64,000 nt of DNA from Eledone cirrhosa (lineage: Eukaryota): contig OZ024747.1 of NCBI GenBank assembly GCA_964016885.1, positions 6,696,001-6,760,000 on the forward strand. The letters are read 5' to 3'. Positions 15,661-29,348 of the stretch are shown here, one piece after another. The position numbers and the translations under genes are program-made. The stretch's first letter is position 1. Each line of letters starts with the position of its first letter. A model generated the notes under the pieces. The model did no database searches, was not told the origin of the DNA, and saw nothing but the letters and a program-made list of their open reading frames with translations.

Positions 15661-16209
15661 AGCTGGAAAAAATGAAAGCACAGTTAGCCTCGGCGGGATT
15701 TGAACTCAGAGCGCAATGACCCCTAACGACTCTACTAATTCGCATGGCATAAAATACTTCTACCTTAAACTTATTCTCACATAAAGATGCATATCACCTT
15801 CCACATCTTCACCAACGAATCCTCTTCTGTTTTCATATGGTTTCCCTGTGTTTTTAGCAACAATTTTACCTTCACTAAGAAAAGAGCCCCAATATTTTAT
15901 GCAGCTAATAAGGGTTACAAATGCTTCCTTCCTCATCAATTGTAGCATTACTGGCTTGAAGAAGAATATTGAGATGATGAAGATTTTGATTCAAATTTTG
16001 ATTCAAATTTATGCCAAATCTGAAAGGAATTTAAATATTAAGTTGGAAATGTTTTTTTTTCCGGAGTTATATTTAGAATGAACAAGAAGATAGTTGTGAG
16101 CTGACTATCGAATATTAGGAATAACTGAGAGTGAACCTCCAACATGTATATTATAGGAATTACTATCAAATATACTGTAGAGATTCTGAACTGATTTAAA
16201 GAAAATATT

Positions 16210-16410
16210 CTCTCTCTCTCTGTTTCTCTCTCTCTCTCCCTCCTTCTTCTTTGCCCACTTATTCCTGGAAGGTGTGCTTGAGGGCAAAGTCTTCAAACAC
16301 CCCTTCCAGTGGGTCCTGTCAGAAACAACCATCTCCAATTTATCCGGCTTGATCTCCGATCGTGACGACCAGCCAAGCTCGTGTGTGTTGTTATTCAACC
16401 ATCTTGCTCT
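16210..16410 (-). mobile_element. 5'-truncated RTE-like LINE 3' end with 78-bp target-site duplication
   Basis: Minus translation RARWLNN...MVVSDRTHWKG resembles RTE C-termini; (GA)-rich tail. Exact direct repeats at 16132-16209 and 16411-16488. Confidence 0.7.
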
Positions 16411-16794
16411 TGAACCTCCAACATGTATATTATAGGAATTACTATCAAATATACTGTAGAGATTCTGAACTGATTTAAAGAAAATATTTAATTTTATTGC
16501 AGTACTCAGTGACACTTCACATACATTGGGACTGTGACAGACACAAGAAAATATAGCCAATGAATTGAACCGGCTTGGAATTACTTGAGAACCATTCTAA
16601 CGACCAGTGATGTTACTCTCATTATCTTAGCCTTGAACATACAGAGAAGGGAATATCATGTTTTTGTTGTTTTAAGACTATCAAGTATTAATTTGACCAC
16701 ATCATTGCTTTGTCAACGAAATCAAGAAATCTTAACTTTGTTCAAATGATAATTCATAATGTTATCATATTAACCAATCAGTTCCAAAGCGACT

Positions 16795-16992
16795 GAGAGT
16801 ACAAGACTTCCCCCTGGACAGGGCGCCAGTCTATTGCAGGGTTAAACCCCCAGCTATTACTGGTACTCATTTTCAGTTGAGTATACTGAAGCAACTTGAA
16901 ATAAAGTGTTTTGCTCAAGAACACAACGCACAACTCAGTTTGAGGATCGAACCCACGATATGATGATCGTAAGTCCAACACCCTTACCACAT
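16795..16992 (-). mobile_element. CORE-type tRNA SINE
   Basis: Minus head gtggtaagggtgttgg...gggttcgatcc, CORE-like gtgttcttgagcaaaacactttatttc, tail ccctgcaatagactggcgccctgtccagggg. Confidence 0.8.
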
Positions 16993-17254
16993 ATTATGTA
17001 TGGCACTAACCTCGCAATTTCAGGGCTGAAACATTCTTTAGCGGTGTGTTGAGATACGGGGAAATAAGCAATGTAAAGGACTTCTGAGCTGGTCCAAATT
17101 TGGGGGAAATTTTTAGACAATACAGTAGAGGTGGGCTTTCTCTTTAAGCCAACTTCGCGATGACAACAAACATGTTTCGACCATAAAACATCTCGACAAA
17201 ACACATTTACTTAGCGCGTTGGATCCACTAGTATTGTCATATATATATATATAA

Positions 17255-17310
<56 letters not shown>

Positions 17311-17835
17311 GGGAATGAATTATGAGTTGATTACGTGTATCAACAAAAGCTAGAGACTGTTGATAAACATAATCAGTACATAAAGCTTTATATATGTGAG
17401 TGTGTCTGTATGTCTGTGTGTGTCTATGCGCGCGGGTGTGCGTGTGTGTGTGTCTGTGTGTGTATGTGTAACGAAATGATTACTTCTAGCGTCCATCCAA
17501 CAAACAAGACTCCATTTTCTATACATTTCTTTCTACAGTGAACAAGAAAATTTCTTTCACACACAAGATTTACGACTGTTCCTTCTTTAACAACACAAAC
17601 AACAAGATTTAATTGAGAAGAATCGAAGTCATTCCCACATGTTCAATACCATGGAAACACACATGAAGGAAACTAATGTAATTTTGATTACGAACTATTG
17701 ACTGCATGGAGAATTAATCATTATCTTTAATGTTTTCTTCTTTGCAAGACTATTCGATAATTTTACAATTTACTCAGTTGTTTTGTAAATTTTCTCTTTA
17801 CTGTATTTTTGCTACTTTTCATAATCCTGTTCTCA

Positions 17836-18160
17836 CTGCTCTTGGCTGGTTGGGACACGTCACACGACTCCCAAGTGAGAGACATGCTAATCAGGTCCTG
17901 TATTAGTTACCCTCGTGGAAAGAGGTGAAGAGGACATCCCAGGATGAACTGGTGGTAGACAATCTACAGAGATCTGAAACCTGTCAAGAAATGTTGGAAC
18001 GATGTATTGATAGATGCAACAGACCGTGGTCATTGGAGGACTTTGGTTGCCTCATAGCCTCATGTGTCTCAAGACGCGGGATTTATTGATAGATGCAACT
18101 GACTGTGGTGATTTGAGCACTTTGGCTGGCTAGTACATCTCAAGACGAGGGATGTATTGA
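17836..18160 (+). mobile_element. degraded RTE-clade LINE 3' end
   Basis: Translates (with stops and a shift) LGWLGHVTRLPSERHANQVL...GKR*RGHPRMNW...DATDRGHWRTLVA, matching RTE C-terminal motifs W.GHV.R, G.R.RGRP...W and DR..WR. The terminal segment is tandemly duplicated. Confidence 0.8.
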
Positions 18161-18649
18161 TACATACGAGGACGACAACGTGTTAGTGGTGTTGTGAATA
18201 GTTTGACAATACAAGCTTCTATCGAGATTATCACAGATACGCAACGTAGGCTAAAATAGCTATTATATAACGTTATCACCGAAAACAGCTTTCATAAACC
18301 ATACAGGTATTTAAGCCCAGCTCAAATTGAGCTTCTCTCTCTTCTCGGTTCACGGCAGTTAGCGCTCTGTCTGTTCTCTCTCAGACACTATGCAAGAGAC
18401 TTTAGTTGTGGCAGTCACTGATAATTGGTGCAACTACAGTCAAATCATGGCTCTCACCATGGCGCTATTTTATCTCAACTAACATCGCATTCACTCACAA
18501 ATTCAGACAGATCGAAACTAAATACTATTCTGAGAACACTATCTTTAGCAACCTGTTGACAAAGCACTATCTGTTATATCTCACCTTGTACGTATTCTTG
18601 TTGTTATATTTTCAAAATTGTATTGCCGTACACCATTTAAAAAAATAAC

Positions 18650-18936
18650 TGGCTCTCCGTCTGTTACGACGATGAGTGTTTCAATTCATACGATCAACAG
18701 AACGGCCTGTTTTGAAATTAACGTGCATACCCTTAACGTAGTTCTCAGGGAGATTCAGCGAGAGATGGAATGTGAGAAGGCTGGCTCTTCGAATTACAGG
18801 TACAACTCATTTTTGCCAGCTGACTGTACTGGAGCAACATGAAATAAAGTGTCTTGCTCAAGGACACAATGCTTCGCTGTGAATCGAACTCACGACCTCG
18901 TGATCGTGAGTCGAATATCGTAACCACTAAGCTGCG
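18650..18936 (-). mobile_element. CORE-type tRNA SINE
   Basis: Minus head gcttagtggttacg...gagttcgattc, CORE-like attgtgtccttgagcaagacactttatttc. Confidence 0.8.
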
Positions 18937-19187
18937 GGTTTTTCACTCATATGGCGTGGCATGGAATGACCCCGTAACTCCTGAGAGTGTCGTAAGGGTA
19001 TTTTTAAACCTGGCGGTGCCTAATCATCTCCACGTCTGAATACAGCAGAATTCTTCCAGGGAAGATATATATACTGCAGAACATTGTATCCGACGTTCTA
19101 ACCACCCTGCCAATTCGCGCCTATTTTTACTTGTCTACCATAATACAAATAAAATGTATGAATTAGCAGTTTTAGTTTTCCTTGTTG

Positions 19188-19335
19188 GTCAGTCTCAATT
19201 CATCATGATCCTGATCCCCTTTCTCACACCCTATTTCAACAACCAACGTCAGTCTCAATCCACGTGATCCTGATCCCCTTTCTCAACCTTATTTCAACGA
19301 TCAATATCAGTCTCAATTCATCGTGATCCTGGTCA
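19188..19335. repeat. ~58-bp tandem repeat, about 2.5 copies
   Basis: tcagtctcaat(t/c)ca..tgatcctg recurs three times. Confidence 0.8.
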
Positions 19336-19573
19336 CTTTCAAAGATCAACTTGAACAATTGACAACATAGCAACCAACCATATGGTGTTGGTGTCGGTGC
19401 TGGTGCTGGTGCTGGTGCTGGTGCTGGTACTGGTGGTGGTGGTGGAGGTAGCTGTGGTAACGGTGGGGTTGGTGGTGTTTGTAGCGGTGGTGATGGTGGT
19501 GGTGAGGTGGTTGGTTATTTCTAGCGGTAGTTGGAGTGTGGTTTGAGGAAGATTTGGTGGCTATTTTCTAGCA

Positions 19574-22500
19574 GTGGTGTGGTGTGCTATGGTGTGGTGT
19601 GGTGTAGTGTGGTGTAGTGTGGTGTAGTGTGGTGTGCAGTGGTGTGCTGTGCTGTCGTATGGTGTAGTGTGGGATGGTGTAGCGTGGTGTAGTGTAGTGT
19701 GGTGTAGTGTAGTATGGTGTTGTGTGGTGTAGTGTGGTGTGGTGTAGTGTGGTGTGGTGTGGTGTGGTGTGGTATAGTTTAATGTGATGTGGTTTAGTGT
19801 GTTGTGGTGTAGTGTAGTGTGGTGTGGTGTGATGTGGTGTGGTGTGGTGTGGTGTAGTGTGGTGTAGTGTAGTGTGGTGTAGTGTGGTGTACTGTGGTGT
19901 GGTGTAGTGTAATGTAGTATGGTGTAGTGCGGTGTGGTCTCGTGTGGTGTAGTGTGGTGTGATGTGATGTGGTCTGGTGTGATGTGATGTGGTCTGGTGT
20001 TCTGTGGTGTGGTGTTGTGTGGTGTAGTGTGGTGTGATGTGGTGTGGTGTAGTGTGGTTTGGTGTTGTGTGGTGTAGTGTGGTTTGGTGTGGTGTAGTGT
20101 AGTGTGGTGTAGTGTGGTGTAGTGTGGTGTGGTATAGTGTAGTATGGTGTGGTATTGTCTGGTGTGGTGTGCTGTGGTCTGGTATAGTGTAGTGTGGTGT
20201 AGTGTGGTGTGGTGTAGTGTGGTGTGGTATAGTGTAGTGTGGTGTAGTGTGGTGTAGTATAGTGTAGTGTGGTGTGGTGTTGTCTTTTGTGGGGTGCTGT
20301 GGTGTGGTATTGTGTGGTGTAGTGTGGTGTGGTGTAGTGTAGTGTTGTGTGGGGTAGTGTAATGTAGTGTAGTGTGGTGTGGTGTGGTGTGGTGTGGTGT
20401 GGTGTGGTGTAGTGTGGTGTAGTGTGGTGTAGTGTAGTGTGGTGTAGTGTAGTGTGAAGGTGTGGTGTAGTATAGTGTAGTGTGGTGTGGTGTAGTGTAG
20501 TGTGGTGAGGTGTGGTGTGGTGTAGTGTAGTGTGATGTGGTTTGGTGTGGTGTGCTGTGGTGTGGTATAGTGTAGTGTGGTGTAGTGTGGTGTAGTGTGG
20601 TGTAGTGTAGTGTGGTGTGGTGTAGTGTGGTGAGGTGTGCTGAGATATGGTATAATATGGTGAGGTGTAGTGTATTGTAATGTGGTGTGGTGTGGTGTAG
20701 TGTTGTGTGGTGTAGTGTGGTCTGATGTGGTGTGGTGTAGTGTGGTTTGGTGTTGTGTGGTGTAGTGTGGTTTGGTGTGGTGTGGTGTAGTGTAGTGTGG
20801 TGTAGTGTGGTGTGGTATAGTGTAGTATGGTGTGGTATTGTCTGGTGTAGTGTGCTGTGGTGTGGTATAGTGTAGTGTGGTGTAGTGTGGTGTGGTGTAG
20901 TGTGGTGTGGTATAGTGTAGTGTGGTGTAGTGTGGTGTAGTATAGTGTAGTGTGGTGTGGTGTTGTCTTTTGTGGGGTGCTGTGGTGTGGTATTGTGTGG
21001 TGTAGTGTGATGTAGTGTAGTGTAGTGTGGTGTAGTGTGGTGTGGTGTAGTGTGGTGTAGTGTAGTGTGAAGGTGTGGTGTAGTGTAGTGTAGTGTGGTG
21101 AGGTGTGGTGTGGTGTAGTGTAGTGTAGTGTGATGTGGTTTGGTGTGGTGTGCTGTGGTGTGGTATAGTGTAGTGTGGTGTAGTGTGGTGTAGTGTGGTG
21201 TAGTGTAGTGTGGTGTGGTGTAGTGTGGTGAGGTGTGCTGAGATATGGTATAATATGGTGAGGTGTAGTGTATTGTAATGTGGTGTGGTGTGGTGTGGTG
21301 TAGTGTTGTGTGGTGTAGTGTGGTGTGGTGTAGTGTGGTGTAGTGTGGTGTGGTGTAGTGTGGTGTGGTGTAGTGTTGTATGGTGTAGTGTGGTGTGGTA
21401 TGGTGTGGTGTAGTGTCGTGTGGTGTTGTGTGGTGTGGTGTGGTGTGGTGTAGTGTAGTGTGGTGTGGTTTGGTGTGTGTGGGGTGGTGTGGTATAGCGT
21501 AGTGTGGTGTAGTGTGGTGTGGTGTGGTGTAGTGTGGTGCGGTGTAGTGTGGTGTGGTGTAGTGTGGTGTGGTGTAGTGTGGTGTGGTGTGGTGTAGTGT
21601 TGTGTGGTGTAGTGTGGTGTGGTGTAGTGTGGTGTGGTGTGGTGTAGTGTTGTGTGGTATAGTGTGGTGTAGTGTGGTGTGGTGTGGTGTGGTGTGGTGT
21701 GGTGTAGTGTAGTGTGGTGTAGTGTGGTGTGGTGTGGTGTAGTGTTGTGTGGTGTAATGTGGTGTAGTGTAGAGTGGTGTGGTGTGGTGTGGTGTGGTGT
21801 GGTGTGGTGTGGTGTGGTGTGGTGTGGTGTGGTGTTGCCTGGTGTGGTGTGCTGTGGTGTGGTGTAGTGGGGTGAGGTGTGGTGAAGTATGGTGTAATAT
21901 GGTGAGGTGTAGTGTATTGTAATGTGGTGTGGTGTGGTCTGGTGTGGTGTAGTGTGGTGTGGTGTGAAGTGGGGTGGTGTGCTGTGCTGTGGTATAGTGT
22001 AGTGTGGTTTAGTGTGGTGTAGTGTGGTGTGGTGTGGTGTGGTGTGGTGAGATGTAGTGTATTGTAATGTGGTGTAGTGTGGTGTGGTGTGGTGTGGTCT
22101 GGTCTGGTGTAGTGTGGTGAGGTGTGGTGAGGTATGGTGTAATATGGTGAGGTGTAGTGTAGTGTGGTGTAGTGTGGTGTAGTGTAGTGTGGTGTAGTGT
22201 ATTGTAATGTGGTGAGGTATGGTGTAATATGGTGAGATGTAGTGTATTGTAATGTGCTGTAGTGTAGTGTGGTGTGGTGTGGTGTAGTGTAGTGTGGTGT
22301 GGTGTAGTGTGGTGTAGTGTAGTGTGGTGTGGTGTGGTGTGGTGTGGTGTGGTGTGGTGTGGTGTGGTGTGGTGTGGTATAGTGTAGTGTGGTGTAGTGT
22401 AGTGTAGTGTAGTGTAGTGTGGTGTAGTGTGGTGTGGTGTGGTGGGGTGTGGTGAGGTGTGGTGAGGTATGGTGTAATATGGTGAGGTGTAGTGTAGTGT

Positions 22501-23730
22501 AGTGTGGTGTGGTGTGGTGTAATATGGTGAGATGTAGTGTATTGTAATGTGGTGTAGTGTGGTGTGGTGTGGTGTGGTCTGGTCTGGTCTGGTGTGGTGT
22601 GGTTTAGTGTATTGTAATGTGGTGAGGTATGGTGTAATATGGTGAGATGTAGTGTATTGTAATGTGGTGTAGTGTAGTTTGGGGTGGTGTGGTGTAGTGT
22701 GGTGTGGTGTAGTGTGGTGTGGTGTGGTGTGGTGTGGTGTGGTGTGGTGTGGTGTGGTGTGGTGTAGTGTAGTGTGGTGTAGTGTGGTGTGGTGTGGTGT
22801 GGTGTGGTGTGGTGTGGTGTGGTGTAGTGTGGTGTGGTGTAGTGTGGTGTGGTGTGGTGTGGTGTAGTGTAGTGTAGTGTGGTGTGGTGTGGTGTGGTGT
22901 AGTGTAGTGTAGTGTGGTGTGGTGTGGTGTGGTGTGGTGTGGTGTGGTGTAGTGTAGTGTGGTGTGGTGTGGTGTAGTGTAGTGTAGTGTGGTGTGGTGT
23001 GGTGTAGTGTAGTGTAGTGTGGTGTGGTGTGGTGTGGTGTGGTGTGGTGTAGTGTGGTGTAGTGTGGTGTAGTGTGGTGTGGTGTAGTGTAGTGTGGTGT
23101 GGTGTGGTGTTGTGTGGTGTAGTGTGGTGTGGTGTAGTGTGGTGTGGTGTGGTGTGGTGTGGTGTGGTGTGGTGTGGTGTGGTGTGGTGTGGTGTAGTGT
23201 GGTGTGGTGTAGTGTAGTGTGGTGTAGTGTGGTGTGGTGTGGTGTGGTGTGGTGTGGTGTGGTGTAGTGTAGTGTGGTGTAGTGTGGTGTAGTGTGGTGT
23301 GGTGTAGTGTAGTGTGGTGTGGTGTAGTGTAGTGTAGTGTGGTGTGGTGTGGTGTGGTGTTATGTGGTGTAGTGTGGTGTGGTGTGGTGTGGTGTGGTGT
23401 GGTGTAGTGTGGTATAGTGTAGTGTGGTGTAGTGTAGTGTGGTGTGGTGTGGTGTAGTGTAGTGTAGTGTGGTGTGGTGTGGTGTGGTGTTATGTGGTGT
23501 AGTGTGGTGTGGTGTGGTGTGGTGTGGTGTGGTGTAGTGTAGTGTGGTGTGGTGTAGTGTGGTGTGGTGTAGTGTGGTGAGGTGTGGTGAGGTATGGTGT
23601 AATATGGTGAGATGTAGTGTATTGTAATGTGGTGTAGTGTGGTGTGGTGTGGTGTGGTGTGGTCTGGTCTGGTCTGGTCTGGTGTAGTGTGGTGTAGTGT
23701 GGTGTGTTGTGGTGTAGTGTGGTGTGGTGT
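19574..23730. repeat. ~4.2-kb pentanucleotide satellite (GTGTG/GTGTA)n
   Basis: Directly visible; grades into a degenerate gtgtgacaggagtctgtcac minisatellite extending to ~24240. Confidence 0.97.
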
Positions 23731-24431
23731 GTGACATGTGTGTGTTACTGTGGTGTGATACAAACGCGTGCGACAGGAGTCTGTCACTGTGGTGTGTTAC
23801 TGTGGTGTGTGACAGAAATGTATGACAGGAGTCTGTCACTGTGGCGTGTGACATATGTGTGTGACTGTGGTGTGTTACAAGTGCGTGTGACAGAAGTATA
23901 TGACAGGAGTCTGTCACTCTGGTGTGTGACATGTATGTGTGATTGCAGTGTGTTACTGTAGTGTGTTACAAGTGCGTGTGACAGAAGTATGTGGCTGCGG
24001 TGTGTTACGGGTATGTGTGACATATGTATGTGACAGGTGTGTGTTACAGTTGTGTGTTACAAGTGTGTGACAGGAGTATGCAATAGGAGTATGTACAAGC
24101 GTGTGCAACAGATGTCTGTGACAATAGTGTGTAACACAAGTGTGTAACTGGTATGTGTGACAGGAGTGTATGACAGCAGTATGTCACTGCGGTGTGCTAC
24201 AGCAGTTTGTAACTTGTGTGTGACTGTGGTGTTATTTAGTTGTGACTATTAATAATATTTGTCAGTAATATATTATGTCAGTGATGATACTAATATGAAT
24301 TGTAGTTTTACTGGTATTGCTTTATAGTAACTATTGTTAGCAACTATACTAGAACTATAGTATTCTATACTAACTTAGCTCTTATCGTGGGCACTGTTTT
24401 ACCACATTCCTGTCATGACCGTGTTACCATT

Positions 24432-25105
24432 TTAGAGAACACCCGTTTTACGACATCCTAGCTATGACTATACCTCCTTTTTAGAGAACACCCGTTTTAC
24501 GACATCCTAGCTATGACTATACCTCCTTTTTAGAGAACACCCGTTTTACGACATCCTAGCTATGACTATACCTCCTTTTTAGAGAACACCCGTTTTACGA
24601 CATCCTAGCTATGACTATACCTCCTTTTTAGAGAACACCCGTTTTACGACATCCTAGCTATGACTATACCTCCTTTTTAGAGAACACCCGTTTTACGACA
24701 TCCTAGCTATGACTATACCTCCTTTTTAGAGAACACCCGTTTTACGACATCCTAGCTATGACTATACCTACTTTTTAGAGAACACCCGTTTTACGACATC
24801 CTAGCTATGACTATACCTCCTTTTTAGAGAACACCCGTTTTACGACATCCTAGCTATGACTATACCTCCTTTTTAGAGAACACCCGTTTTACGACATCCT
24901 AGCTATGACTATACCTCCTTTTTAGAGAACACCCGTTTTACGACATCCTAGCTATGACTATACCTCCTTTTTAGAGAACACCCGTTTTACGACATCTTAG
25001 CTATGGCCATCCTGCCTTTGTAGAGAACCTCTATTTTAAAACATTCCAGCTATGACCATCCTGCCTTTTTAGAGACACCTATTTTAAGATATTCCAGCTA
25101 TGATC
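24432..25105. repeat. 49-bp minisatellite, ~12 near-perfect plus ~2 degenerate copies
   Basis: Unit ttagagaacacccgttttacgacatcctagctatgactatacctccttt, period 49. Confidence 0.95.
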
Positions 25106-25617
25106 ATACTACATTGTTTTAGCGAATCTCAGACTACATTATCTCCCTTGTGCTCGTATTAAACGGTAGTATATAATTTGAGGAAAACTTAACTGCTGTT
25201 TCTAGCAGAAGAAGCGGCCATGTAGGGGTTCACTTGCTGCTGTCTAATTGTGGTGTGTGATGAAGCTATTTCACATTGGCTTGTGGGAGTGTTACAGGGC
25301 AGCTGTTGTTAATGTTGTTTAGCCCTAGGTCAGTCCTGATCAAGCTTTTCTCTATGACATGCAGGTAGTTATGTAGCTGCAGGTCAGCTTACGATCAAAG
25401 ACATTCCTATACCCAAGGAAACCAACATTACATTATCAAACATTCTTTTTTTCCAAAACATTTTGATATAATTTAACGAGGATCTAGCATCTATTTCTAG
25501 TAGGCCGAGCGACCACATACAGGCTCCCTTGTTCAGATGTGTTACACGGTAATGGCACATACATATAGGTGGCGTTGAATTCGTGGTGGCGTGCAATAGC
25601 TTTGTTTGGTTGATGCA

Positions 25618-25618
25618 T

Positions 25619-25655
<37 letters not shown>

Positions 25656-25679
25656 CAGTAGCGGTAGTAGTAGTAGTAA

Positions 25680-25733
<54 letters not shown>

Positions 25734-25753
25734 CAGCAACAGTAGTAGTAGCG

Positions 25754-25790
<37 letters not shown>

Positions 25791-26889
25791 CAGCAACAGT
25801 AGTAGTAGCGGTAGTAGTAGTAGTAGTAGTAGCAGTAGTAGTAGCGGTAGTAGTAGTAGTAGTAGCGGTAGTAGTAGTAGTAGTAGTAGCAGTAGCAGTA
25901 GTGGTGGTGGTAGTGTGTGTGTGTCCGTGGCGATAGTATTGTTATTAGTGCTTTTGTTGGTGTTTGCTAGTAGTGGCTGCAGCATCGCTGGTGTTGCTGT
26001 TTTTGGTGGAGGCTGTAGTGGTGGTGGTGGTGGTGGTGGTGGTGGCGGTAGTGGTGGGGGTGGGGGTGGTGGTGGTGGCGGTAGTGGTGGGGGTGGTGGC
26101 GGTGGGGGTGGTGGGGGTGGGGGTGGTGGCGGTGGGGGTGGTGGTGGTGGTGTGGTTGTGCTGGTTGTGGCTGTGATGATGATGGTGGTGCTGGAGGTGG
26201 TGGTGGTGGTGGTGGTGGCTGTGATGATGGTGGTGGTGATGGTCGTGGTGTGGTTGTGGCTGTGATGATGATGGTGGTGCTGGAGGTGGTGGTGGTGGTG
26301 GTGGTTGTGGCTGTGATGATGATGGTGGTGCTGGAGGTGGTGGTGGTGGTGGTGGTTGTGGCTGTGATGATGATGGTGGTGCTGGAGGTGGTGGTGGTGG
26401 TGGTGGTTGTGGCTGTGATGATGATGGTGGTGGTGGTGGTGGTGCTGGAGGCGGTGGTGGTGGTATTGATGGAGCTAGTAGCAGGTGTTAATATTGCTGG
26501 TGTTGTGGTTGTTGTTTGTGTTAGTGGTGGTGGTGGTGGTGGTGGTGGTGGTGGTGGTGGTGGTGGTGGTGGTGTCGGTGTTTTTGGTGATGGTCTTGTG
26601 GTGGTGGTGGTGGTGGTGGAGGCAGTGATGGAACTAGTGGCAGTTGTTGATGTTGGTGTTGATGATGATGATCGTTTTTGACTTCGGTGTGATGGTGGTG
26701 GTGGTGGTGGCGGGGGGGAGGTCTCTAATGAAGGCAACTAAGGTTTAATGTCTGAGCAAGGAGGGAGGTAATACCGAATAGTATGGCATTGCTATGTACC
26801 ATAGTAGTGGTGGTGGTGGTGGTGGTGGTGGTGGTAGTAGTGTAGTAGCGGTGGTAGTTGTAATAGTAGTAGTAGTAGCGGTGGTGGTT

Positions 26890-26930
<41 letters not shown>

Positions 26931-26966
26931 GGTAGTAGCAGTAGTGGTAGCAGCAGCAGTAAAAGC

Positions 26967-27001
<35 letters not shown>

Positions 27002-27040
27002 CAGCAGCAGCAGTAGTAGTAGTAGTAGTAGTAGTAGCAA

Positions 27041-27081
<41 letters not shown>

Positions 27082-27200
27082 CTCATGTGATAGTACATAT
27101 AGATTAGTGTCAGTGGTGGTGGTTGTGGTAGTGGTGATGGTGGTGGTAGTAGTAGTGACAGTGGTGGTGGTAGTGGTGATGGTGGTGGTGGTGGTGGTGT
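25618..27200. repeat. compound (GTA)n/(GGT)n trinucleotide repeats
   Basis: Directly visible; poly-V/S/G/T ORFs are artefacts. Confidence 0.95.
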
Positions 27201-28065
27201 GACGGATGTTGCAGGAACATTGGTCTGTCGGTTGTTGTGGTTGTTATTGTTCTTGGTTAAACCCAGGCCAACCCTATCCGAACAGAACAGATCTATAGTC
27301 AAATGCATCCCTGTCACCCTCCCGCCTTATTAGAGGTATCTATCTCTAAGGACAACGTTCTAATATCATTTTTCTTCATTTATGGCGGTAGAGTATGATA
27401 TGAGGAAGCTTTCGACTGCTATTTCTAGCTATTTTAACGACTACATAGGGAGTCCCTCGTTGATACGTGGTCTGACATCGGTGAGAGTACCGTCAACCCT
27501 TTAGCATTTACATTATCTTTGCCTTTCATCCTTACGGGGTCGATAAAATAAAGTACCAGTAATGCACTGGGTAATTGCTGGCCTTGTGCCAAAAGTAGAA
27601 ATAATTATTCTATATTTACTATTGCATTTTCACCATAAACTCTTTATTTCACGTAATTATCTCACATAATATTAAATCTATGAGATCTTGATAGTTATTT
27701 TGAGAACAATACCTTAACATAAATATGAGTAGCTGGTTACAGCCAGTTTGAATAGAAAGAGGTAAGAGGATTCTGGCCGGATAAGGCCGGTTTAAATGGT
27801 GTTGTTGTTGGGAGTGGGGAGGGAATTAACCCCCATGTCGGGTTTGATCAAAGAAAATATATATGATCAAAGACGTCCCAGGTAGGAGCATCAAGTATTT
27901 GTTTTCTCGTTTCGGCCATAACGTATCGTGTGATTTGAGGAACATGTGATGCTATTTCTAGCAAGCTAGTTTATCATATTGTCGTTGTTATTCTCACCTC
28001 AGATATACCTGACTTGTAATCAAATGCCTATCCTGTCTTTTTGTCCAGACATTGACTATCTAGGA

Positions 28066-28227
28066 CAACCATGGGCAAATTGCGGCCCGCGAGCCACATG
28101 CGGCTCGTTTGGCTTTCTGAATGGCACACCTAATTTCGAAATTGCCTTAAATTTGTTAGTAGTGCGACCCGCCTTTTGATGATCCACATTTTATGCGGCC
28201 CACTGCTCGACATGCTGTCCATGCCTA
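28066..28227. mobile_element. hAT-superfamily MITE
   Basis: Termini caaccatgggcaa / tgtccatgccta; exact 8-bp TSD atctagga (28058-28065, 28228-28235); homologous to 60784-60927. Confidence 0.85.
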
Positions 28228-28727
28228 ATCTAGGACTACATTTACCAATGTGTCCTTCATTTTTAAGACAGTTTAAGAAAGATCTAACAGCTATTTCCGG
28301 TAGATAAATTGACCATACAAAAACTCTGGTTGGCTTGTTGCTTATATAGTTTGATAATGTAGACACTGGTAGCGATGTGGTTCTTTGGTGTAAAGAATTT
28401 GGTCCAATCTGAGTGTTTCAAGAAAGGTGGATGAGAGCGGCAAAATTTACGAAGCAAGATGGGACTTCCCTGACTATATTTTTCTAATATCGGAGGAACA
28501 GACACTGAAAGAGGGCACCTTTGTTGATACAGAGCAAGCTTGGTCTTTATGTGGGGTTTTACCGTAGGTGATCTACATCACTGTTGGGGTTTCTTGTTTA
28601 TAGTTGTATTTGTTGAGTTTTTTGTTGATTTCAGATCCGCTTACTTTATGTAAACTCCACTTTCTATTGTGATTGGTCCCCCGACGTCTTTGGCCCTTGG
28701 GGCCAATAAAAGAAATCATCATCATCA

Positions 28728-28942
28728 TGGATGGTAGAATCGGTAGAGCGTCGGACAACATGCTTAGCGGCACAGAGTTACGACCCTTTACTTTCTGAGT
28801 TCAAATCCCGCCGAGGTTAGCTTTGCCTTTCATCCTTACAGGATCGATAAAATAAAGTACCAGTAATACACTGGGACGATTTAATCGATTTTCCCCTCCC
28901 CTAAAGTTGTTGGCCCTGTACCTAGGTCAGAAACCATTATTG
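28728..28942 (+). mobile_element. full-length tRNA SINE (family 1)
   Basis: tggtagaatcggtagagcg...gagttcaaatccc...ctttgcctttcatcc...gataaaataaagtaccag...aaaccattatt. Confidence 0.85.
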
Positions 28943-28964
28943 TGTTCTTGCAATTAAACCGTAT

Positions 28965-29252
28965 ACTCTATATATACAAGTAGTATATATATACTTGTAA
29001 ATACATGTACACTACATATATATACAGTATATGTATAGTTGGAAATACATGATGTACACTGTATATATATATATATATATATATATACATAGTTGTAAAT
29101 ACATCATATACACTACATATATATGCATGTATGTACATACTACATACTTGTAAATACATGATGTGCACTACATAAATATACACATGTATATACATAGTTG
29201 TAAATACATCATATATGTACATGTATACACCAACATTTATACACCATATACA

Positions 29253-29348
<96 letters not shown>

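Noticed and set aside
17000-17235. Helitron-like end (…ccactagt)
   Set aside because: No clear subterminal hairpin or second copy in the window.
24432-25105. CRISPR-like appearance of regular repeats (also 36890-41718 and 51768-53450)
   Set aside because: Head-to-tail tandem units with no unique spacers, no cas genes, eukaryotic context.
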